Assembly: GCF_009914755.1 (NCBI RefSeq)
Contig: NC_060931.1
DNA: 64,000 bases
DNA from: the human T2T-CHM13v2.0 reference genome, Homo sapiens
Reading direction: 5' to 3' (one strand)
How positions within the stretch are numbered: position 1 is the stretch's first letter; each line of letters starts with the position of its first letter. Both the position numbers and the translations under genes were made by a program. The notes under the pieces are model-generated. The model was not told the DNA's origin and made no database searches. It worked only from the letters and a program-made list of their open reading frames with translations. Of the stretch, positions 52,412 to 64,000 are shown in pieces.

Positions 52412-52596
52412 TCCACATTTCAGTTACGTTGTGAGCTCCTTCCTCGCGTGCAATATCCTTTTCTGCTAAATCAGAAGATCCTCAATTTAGAGCAAAACTT
52501 GTACGTCCACATTTAAGTTCCTTTATGAGCTCCTTCCTTGCGTGCAATATCCTTTTCCGCTAAATCAGAAGATCATTGATTTAGAGCAAAACTTGT
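52412..52596. repeat. 94-bp tandem duplication (two copies)
   Basis: TCCACATTT...TGAGCTCCTTCCT(C/T)GCGTGCAATATCCTTTTC(T/C)GCTAAATCAGAAGATC...TTTAGAGCAAAACTTGT at 52412 and 52506. Confidence 0.93.
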
Positions 52597-52930
52597 CTGC
52601 CCAGAGAAGCAAACCAAGGTCAGCGCGTGGGTGAAGCACCCAGCCTTAACCATCAGGGAGCAGGGGGGCATCTGGTGAGTGAGGCAGTACTGGTCCCACC
52701 TGAAGGCAGTTTTCAGATCCATGGAAACACTGGAGCCGTTTGGAAGTGTCCGGTGATGGAGATGAGTGCCTGGTTGGTTGAAAGTAGTCACGGCTGTGAG
52801 GATGGCGAGCCGGGAGGAGAAACACAAGGCAAGCAGAATGAGTTAGACTCAAAGTCTCAGGAGCAATGCCGTCACACCTTCTGTCCCATTTTCTTTTCTG
52901 CACATGTATACCTGATCTTCCGGTGAACTA

Positions 52931-53281
<351 letters not shown>

Positions 53282-53359
53282 GGAGCAAAATTCAAAGTTT
53301 TTAATTGAGTTGCACGTACATCAGGCTTTTCAAACCAACTTATCAACTTGAGAAAATAG

Positions 53360-53759
<400 letters not shown>

Positions 53760-53779
53760 TAGAGAAGACATTTAAAACG

Positions 53780-54290
53780 GAAACTTTGGAAGTCAGTTTA
53801 CCCACATGGATCAAATGCTTTCTAGAAATACCACACACTTAACCTAAAAATTTCACTCATAGGAGCTTGTCCTAAGACCAGAAGGGGACCATTGGATGCA
53901 GATGAATGTATGAGGATGTTAACAGCATTGCTTTTTATAATAGAGAAAACTCAGAAAATAACCTAGATGACTATTGGTAGGAGATTGATGAAACAAATAA
54001 TGGCATACCTATGCAGGGGAATACTTTACAGCCATTAAAATTATGCTACAGATCAATAATTATTAACATGGAAGATAGCCATTGCCAAAAACAACATTGC
54101 TTTTAAAAAGAAACGTGTGTACAAAAATATGCTTACCTTAAAAAATGTTTGAAAATTATTCATCACAGTGTTAACAGTGCCTGTCTGAATGTTAGGATTA
54201 TTGGCAATCCATTTTTTCTTTGTGCTTTTGTATATTTTGTAAGTTACTTGAAAGAAACACACATTATAATAATGTATAAAAATTAAAAGT
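53780..54290 (+). mobile_element. L1ME-type 3' fragment
   Basis: GGATGTTAACAGCATTGCTTTTTATAATAG..GGAATACTTTACAGCCATTAAAA. Confidence 0.6.
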
Positions 54291-54885
54291 TATTAAAAGT
54301 CCATTGATAAAATTCTTTCAACATTTAAATGAATAATTGATCTATGTATGGCTTGTGTTTACTCTAAGTTATAAATTCTCAAAGAATAGGGAGCATTTTT
54401 TCTTCTTATATTCTCTCCCCAGCTCCATACGCAACACTGCGTGTAATAACTCTGTAATGGCTGTTGATTGACTGGGTATTTAGACGTCAAGCATTGAGGA
54501 GATATTAGCAAAAATAGCTAAGAACTAAATTGCATGGCTGGGCCTTTGGCACTAGAATGTTAATAATTGAAAACTAAAACCTTCAAGTCATTTGTTTTTA
54601 TTATAAATGAACCCACCTCTCACAACTCCCCTTCGGTTTTGAAATCCTGCCAAAGTGTTTCTTCTGATCCCATCCTTTGGCTAATGTGAAAGTTTTAAAA
54701 GCTTCTTAATGACATCATTATCCTGCAAATCATCATGAAGGAGACAAAAATGAATCAGGTTTTTGGTAAAGCCGTGCATGGATCTGTGATTTCTGATATG
54801 GGAGCAGAGATTGTCTAGGCAACTTTGAGAAGGTAATAAAGTCTTATTTGGCAATCTCAACTTTCTCACCAGCATCTTTGACCTC

Positions 54886-55320
54886 TGTGTCAGTCAGCTA
54901 TTGCTGTGTAACAAACAGATCAAAAAGAATTCGGTGGTAAAGAAAAATAGCATGTGTTTTTTGAACTAAACTGGGCTCATCTGGGAGTCTTTGCTTCTTC
55001 AAGCTACGAGTCTGGTCGGCCCCACCCCTTCCACCTCTATGATTTGGATCTCAGTCTGCACCATGTGTACTCATTATGGGGTCCATGTTCAAGGGCCAGA
55101 AGCTATTCAGGGGAAGCTCTTCTCATGTAAATAACGGAAGGGCAAGAGTGCCTGTCCAACTGTGCAAGCATACAGCAAATCTCTGCTTGTGTCATCTGTG
55201 CTCACATCCTTTTGGCCAAAGCCAATGCCCCACATCAGTACAGCAGGAAAATAGATTCTGCCTCCGTAAGACTACACAGCAAGCATGCATGTTAGACAAA
55301 CAAGAATTCAATTTACCACA
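54886..55320 (-). mobile_element. MLT1 (J/K-like) solo LTR
   Basis: TGTGTCAGTCAGCTATTGCTGTGTAACAAAC start, ATTTACCACA end. Confidence 0.65.
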
Positions 55321-55491
55321 CCCTGCATTTCAGCAAATCTCATTCACCACTTCTCCTACTGAGCCATTCAGTGTCTTCATGCAGTCCCTGGCTTCTTCAC
55401 ACGGAGGTATTGTGAATGGAATGAAAGGAAATGAAATTTGTATTATTAGAAAGAGTATCATGTGGGAACATTACTGAACCCCAGGAAATGA

Positions 55492-55935
<444 letters not shown>

Positions 55936-56032
55936 TGAGCAAATAAAGGCTGATGTGATGTTTTGTTGGCCCAGTTCTTTTTTCCTTTGAAGATTCTTCG
56001 GAGAGGAAAAACTCTTCCCCAGCAGAGGTGGG

Positions 56033-56203
56033 TGCAGGGTCTGGTAGATTGAATTCTTGTTTGTCTAGCATGCATGCTTGCTGTGTAGTCTTACAGAGGC
56101 AGAATCTACTTTCCTGCTGTGCTGATGTTGGGTATTGGCTTTGGCCAAAAGGATGTCCAGCATAAATGACACAAGCAGAGATTGGCTGTATGCTTGCATA
56201 GTT
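56033..56203 (-). repeat. Inverted duplicate of 55158-55327
   Basis: about 14 differences in ~170 bp by manual alignment. Confidence 0.93.
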
Positions 56204-56713
56204 TTCATCTCTCTTAGTCATCTTGTAGCCAGAACGGAAAAGAGCACAGGGCAGAGGCACAGAGAGAATTGTGCCAGGCACACAAGGAGAGTGCTTACAA
56301 GCTGAGGGAAGAATAGAGTCCACTTTGCCTCGATTTGAGAAGATACACGGTGATTGCCGCCACAGCGTGGGGCAGGCAGGAGGTCACCTCCACCGGCTGT
56401 TGTAATTGGCACCATCTGAGGAAGAGCATTTAGATTTCCTTCAAATTGCTGAGTGGGAACAGCATTTACGCTAATGACTCCTTGCTTTAAATCTCTAGGG
56501 AAAGCGTATGAAATTTTCCTTTATAGAGTTGTAAATGAGGCTGTGTTTTGTGGGGGACAGTGGTGAGGTATGCGGATAAATGGGTACCCTATTAGGAATG
56601 TTGAAAGGAGGCAAGTTGTGGGTTAAAGAGGACTTCTGCAGGGTTAGCAACTAACAGAGGCTTTTAGCTTTTTCTCTCCAAATCTAGAAGCTCATTGGCA
56701 ATTTTCGTGTCTA

Positions 56714-57226
<513 letters not shown>

Positions 57227-57249
57227 AATAGGATGGTTGGAGGGAGGGG

Positions 57250-57390
57250 GGTCCTCAAGCATGGCTCTCAGACTGGCAGCTTCAGCATCACCCAGGAGCT
57301 TGTTAGAAATGCAAGTTCTTGGTTCCTACCCAAGCCTGCTGAATCAGAAACCCTGAGGGTGGGACCCAGCAACCGTGACCTTGAGAGGTG
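57250..57390. mobile_element. MER5A
   Basis: CAGCATCACCCAGGAGCTTGTTAGAAATGCA..GAATCAGAAACCCTGAGGGTGGGACCCAGCAA. Confidence 0.75.
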
Positions 57391-57626
57391 CCCCAGCCAT
57401 CTCAGGCTCCTTGACCTACCACCTAAACTAGGGAGAGAAATCAGGATCAGGCCTCCATGGGTCAGGCATTCCATTCCAACCAGAGCTCAGTAGCAATATT
57501 AGTCAGTAGTAGTATTTGTGTTGAATAAGTTCACTGAAAGCTGATCACAGTGAATGAACAGGAATAGGAGTCTAAGAATGTGAGAATATAAGGAAACCAG
57601 CCTCCTCTTGGAGGCAAGTGGAGCTA

Positions 57627-57956
<330 letters not shown>

Positions 57957-58209
57957 CTATTCCTGGACTTTGCAATTACGTGAACCAATAAATTTCTTTT
58001 TCGTCAAAGTCGTTCTGAATTGTGTTTTTCTGTCCCTTGAAATTTAAAAACTTCCAACAGATACTGATGGTTTAGGGTCTAAAAGTCAAAGGTGCTGCTG
58101 ACTTCATTACAGCACACACACACAAAAATGGAACCACTGGTGTCAAGATGTGAGGCTGCTCTTGGCTGGAGAGGACCAGTCTGGAAACTCCAGTCGCTTC
58201 CAGGCCCTC

Positions 58210-58739
<530 letters not shown>

Positions 58740-58829
58740 TTGAGAGAGATTCCTCAAGCCCTGCAACCCCTGCTCGGCCCACCAGAGTCTCCAAGCACAC
58801 CACACAGGAAGATGTAGCCCCTGTCCTTT

Positions 58830-58990
58830 GGCATGGAGTCCATGAGCCAAAACAATCTGCATCACCTGGAAGCTGGCTAGAAATGCAGGTTCCCAGGTGC
58901 CACCCAAGACTTTTTGAGTCAGATTGTGCATTTTAACAGGATCCCCATGTGATTCCACTGATATGCACATTAAAGCTCCAGAAACAGTTT
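58830..58990. mobile_element. MER5A
   Basis: GCATCACCTGGAAGCTGGCTAGAAATGCAG..TGCATTTTAACAGGATCCCC..GTGATTC. Confidence 0.75.
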
Positions 58991-59132
58991 AAACCTAATC
59001 AATAGGCAAAATTATGGTGGATGAAATCCCAGCTATTTTAGCAATCAAATTGGATTTCTACTCATTCAATCTGATCCAAAGCTACACCTCCAATGATCAA
59101 GATAATCAAACCACTAAGTCACCCTATGACTA

Positions 59133-59492
59133 GGTATGACTCCCTTCTCACACTGCTATGAAGAACTTCCTGAGACTGGGTAATTCATAAAGGAAGGAGG
59201 CCCAACTGACTCACAGTTCCACATGGCTGGGGAGGCCTCAGGAAACTTACAATCATGACAGAAGGGTAAGGGGAAGCAAGGCACATCTTACATGGCAGCA
59301 GAGAGAGAGAGAGAGGGAAATGACAAACACTTTTAAACCATCAGATCTCATGGAACTCACTCAATATCATGAGAATAGCATGGGGGAACCACCCCTATGA
59401 TCCAATCACCTCGCACCAGGTCCCTCCCTCAATACCTGGGGATTACAATTGGTGATGAGATTTGAGTGGGGACACAGAGCCAAACCATATCA
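59133..59492 (-). mobile_element. MSTA/THE1D-type solo LTR
   Basis: CTCACACTGCTATGAAGAAC..CTGAGACTGGGTAAT ... GGGGACACAGAGCCAAACCATATCA; 5-bp TSD GACTA. Confidence 0.9.
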
Positions 59493-59581
59493 GACTATAA
59501 TATGATTTAGTATAATGTACTATAATTAATATATAAACACACACTCGTGCACATGCACACACCACAAACACACGTGCGCAT

Positions 59582-59868
59582 TTAGACAGGGTCTCACTCT
59601 GTTGCCTAGGCTGGAGTGCAGTGGTCCAATCATAGCTCACTGCAGCCTCAATCTCCTGGGCTTAAGTGATCCTCCCACCTCAGCCTCCTGAGTAGCTGGG
59701 ACTGCAAGCACATGCCACTGTGGCTAATTATTTTATCTTATTTTTTTGTAGAGATGGGGTCTTGCTATGTTGCCTAGGCTGGTCTCGAACTCCTGGGCTC
59801 ATGCAGTCTTCCCAAATCAGCTTTCTAGAGTGCTGGGATTACAGGAATGAGCCACCACACCCAGCCCG
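59582..59868 (-). mobile_element. AluJ
   Basis: CAATCATAGCTCACTGCAGCCTC. Confidence 0.9.
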
Positions 59869-61067
59869 GTTATATTTATATTGTATAGATTTTACTTTGA
59901 AATGCACAGGGCACTAGAAAGTATTTTTTATGAATGTGTGTTTATCTAATTGTGTGAATGTAATTCTACAGAATATTAAGACAAAATATGTGCTTTGAAT
60001 GACGGTATTACATTAACCATGACCATCAGCATTATGAACAAAAGTTGTTGAGTGGTGACTCAGCTCTTAACTTCATACATTTCCAATTGACCGAGGGTCC
60101 AGAATAGCTCACCGGATACTTGGTTGGTACCAAAAATCATTCCTTAGAAACGAAGACAGCTGAAAGGGAATCAGAAATCTCCCAACAGTTCCTCTGCTAC
60201 AGAAAGTAAATTCTGTCTTACTTCCTGAATGTCAAAGTGATTTTTTTTCTGGCTTCCTCTGTGATTAAAAAAAAGGACTGCTTGGAAGGCTTTGGAAAGT
60301 TTGTTTTCATTTCTGGTCATTATTCATGGCACAACTTCAGGGTAGCAGGCACCAAAGGGATAAGAATAGCGTGGGTGCTGCTATGCAGTGAGATCAGGCA
60401 CAGTAAAGACTATGAAAGAATAAAGAAAAATGACCAGAGCTTGTTTTTAAAAAATACAGAGCTGAGTCTATTCAGATGCAAGCAAAGGAGGAAGAGCTCA
60501 TGAAGAAATGCACTGAGCATAACACAACATTTACATTCTGGATAGGGGGCCCTGCTGGTTGTGCTAATGGAGGATTGATCACCAATGTTGTGGTTGCAGC
60601 AGAATGAGCTCACAGGTGTATGCATGGGGGTTAAAACAAGCCCCGTTGTTCATTGGCATGGGAAATGTCTTCAGTTTGGTCCAGAGGGGATCAGGGGTCA
60701 GTCCAAGTGCATGCGCCTCTGTCAGCAGCAGCTGGCTGGGGCCAGGTGTGATGGAACACAAGGGGCAGTTGTGATGTGTCTTAGACAGGTGCTGCTGTGG
60801 TAGAAATTTTTATTTGCAACTCTAATTCACTTAGTCAGCACCTGTGGATCCTCTGATATTGATCACTTCGTTCTGATCTTTGCTCTCATGTCATGAGATT
60901 GGAGAGGCTTTTCTTGTCCTAAAATCGCATCCCCTCTCCACTCCTGACTCTAGTTCACATCTCTGCATAACTCCTGTCCCTGTCTGTCATCCTGTGAAAG
61001 GGAGTGCAGTTATTAGACCCCAGCATCTTTGCTGCTGTCTCATCCACTTCTAGTGGAAGCTTCATCA

Positions 61068-61475
<408 letters not shown>

Positions 61476-61514
61476 GCAATGCTTCAAAACAAGGGAATAG
61501 GGAGAGATTTCTGG

Positions 61515-61826
61515 GTTTTTGGTTTGTTTTTTGGTTTTTAAGACTTAGAGTCTCGCTCTGTCACCCAGGCTGGAGTGCGGTGGCACAATCATAGCTCCCT
61601 GCAGCCTTGAACTCCTGAACTCACACCATCCTCTTGCCTCAGCCTCCAGAGTAGCTGGAACTACAGATGCATGCCGTCGCACCTGGCTAGTTTTGTTTTC
61701 AGTTTATGTTGAGACAGGGTCTTGCTATGTTACCCAGGCTGGTCTTGAACTTCTGGGCTCAAGCAATCCTTCCATCTCTGCCTCCTAAAGTGCTGGGATT
61801 ACAGACAAGAGCCACTATGCCCCACC
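61515..61826 (-). mobile_element. AluJ inserted in L1MA 3' end
   Basis: TSD GAGATTTCT. Confidence 0.9.
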
Positions 61827-62505
<679 letters not shown>

Positions 62506-62517
62506 AACATAAGTCAG

Positions 62518-62813
<296 letters not shown>

Positions 62814-62902
62814 TCATAATTCAAATGCTGTAAAAAAAATCATAATTCAAATGCTGTATACTTCAGTTAAAATATTTCTCAAATCCTACGTTAAAAAGCA
62901 TA

Positions 62903-63192
62903 GGATCCAAGTGCAGTGGCTTACACCTGTGGTCACAGCACTTTGGGAGACTAAGGCAAGACAATTGCTTGAGTCCAGGAGTTCAAGACCAGCCTGGGCA
63001 ACATAGCAAGAGCCTGTCTCAACAACAAAAAAATAAGATAAAATAATTAGCCATGATGGCATGTACCTGTAGTCTCAGCTACTCAGGAGGCTGAGGTGGG
63101 AGGATCACTTGAGCCCAGGAGGTTGAGGCTGCAGTGAGCTATGATCGCACCACTAGACTCCAGCCTGGGTGACAGAGCAAGATCCTGTCTTG
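62903..63192 (+). mobile_element. AluJ
   Basis: GGAGGATCACTTGAGCCCAGGAGGTTGAGGCTGCAG. Confidence 0.9.
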
Positions 63193-64000
63193 ATTTTTTT
63201 TAAAGCATAGGGAGATGGGAACACTCATACCCTGCTTTGGAAGACAATTTACCAGCATCTGTAAAAATAGCAAATTCTCCTACCCTTCCATCCAAGAGTT
63301 CTCCCTCTCTGACTCTACACCAGCCCCCGTACATAGGACGTCAGAGCACACATGTTCACAGCAGCCTCATTTGTGAAAAATTGAAAATGAGTTACAGTCT
63401 CTCTCAGCTGCTTGCTTCCCGTGGGCCTCATCAGAGCACACAGCAGGCACTCGGCGAATGCAGCCCTCATTGTCCTGCAGGATGCCTGCCTCTCCTCTCT
63501 CACGGTCAGTGCCGAGCCATCTGCATGAGTGACCCAGTCTGCTCCACCAGCGACCACTGTCTCTTTCCACAGTTCCCACCCCTAACAGGCTGTCTCGGAT
63601 TTGCCATGGTCTAGCAGCTGAGCTCCACCTGCTGAGTGGCCGTAGCCTCTACAGGTTCTGCTCGACGGAGACTGGATGGCTGGCGCAGACGCCACTGGGT
63701 TTCAGCTCAGCCAGACTCAGGCATTTAGGGGAACCTTTGTGAACAAAAGGCCCCAAAAGAGCTGGTCACTTGGGCTTTGCTTCAGGAAGCAGAAAGGGAG
63801 ACACGGTTTGTCTCACAGGGAGAGCTGCGACTTTGTCACAGAAGGCTGAGTTACCTCTGGGGCTCGGCCAACGGCCGTCTTCAATGCCCCCACATCCATC
63901 GGACAGGGAAGGCTTTGTGGACCCTTCTGACTTGTCAGGCCTGGAGTTCAGTCCTAGAGCTCCTTGACCGATCACCTAAACTAGGTGTATCAAGCAAAGA

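Noticed and set aside
52090-52926. ORFs of 84-108 aa on both strands
   Set aside because: No recognisable homology or domain; mostly non-ATG starts.

Overview
Primate (hominid-type, most likely human) genomic DNA with no recognisable cellular protein-coding exon, tRNA, rRNA, snRNA or CRISPR array. I could not identify the locus or gene. The window is dominated by transposon relics: about 50 Alu copies (J, S and Y subfamilies), one young 5'-truncated L1PA2-type insertion with an unbroken 681-aa C-terminal ORF2 fragment (30964-33281, minus), several old nested L1M elements, solo LTRs (MST, THE1, MLT1, MLT2, LTR16-like, ERV1-type), DNA transposons (MER3, MER44, MER46C, MER58, MER5A) and L2 fragments. 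Nearly all ORFs in the supplied track are Alu, L1, L2 or microsatellite translations. I found no demonstrable novel biological system. The best leads are structural or regulatory: (i) a candidate promoter/non-coding first exon at ~24.6-25.2 kb with two identical TCTAATTGGGGA (PCE-1/Ret-1-like) 12-mers, followed by a ~420-bp non-repeat block duplicated 2 kb apart that keeps its OTX/CRX-type sites in both copies; (ii) a duplicated L1 tail whose two copies carry Alus of different subfamilies at the same TTTT/AA site; (iii) a ~170-bp local inverted duplication; (iv) a 32-bp VNTR containing eight TACGTG (HRE) cores; (v) a 94-bp tandem duplication doubling a canonical XRE; (vi) a six-unit array of constant repeats with microsatellite spacers. 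Repeat subfamily calls come from remembered consensus sequences, and coordinates and identities from manual reading; all need RepeatMasker/BLAT confirmation.
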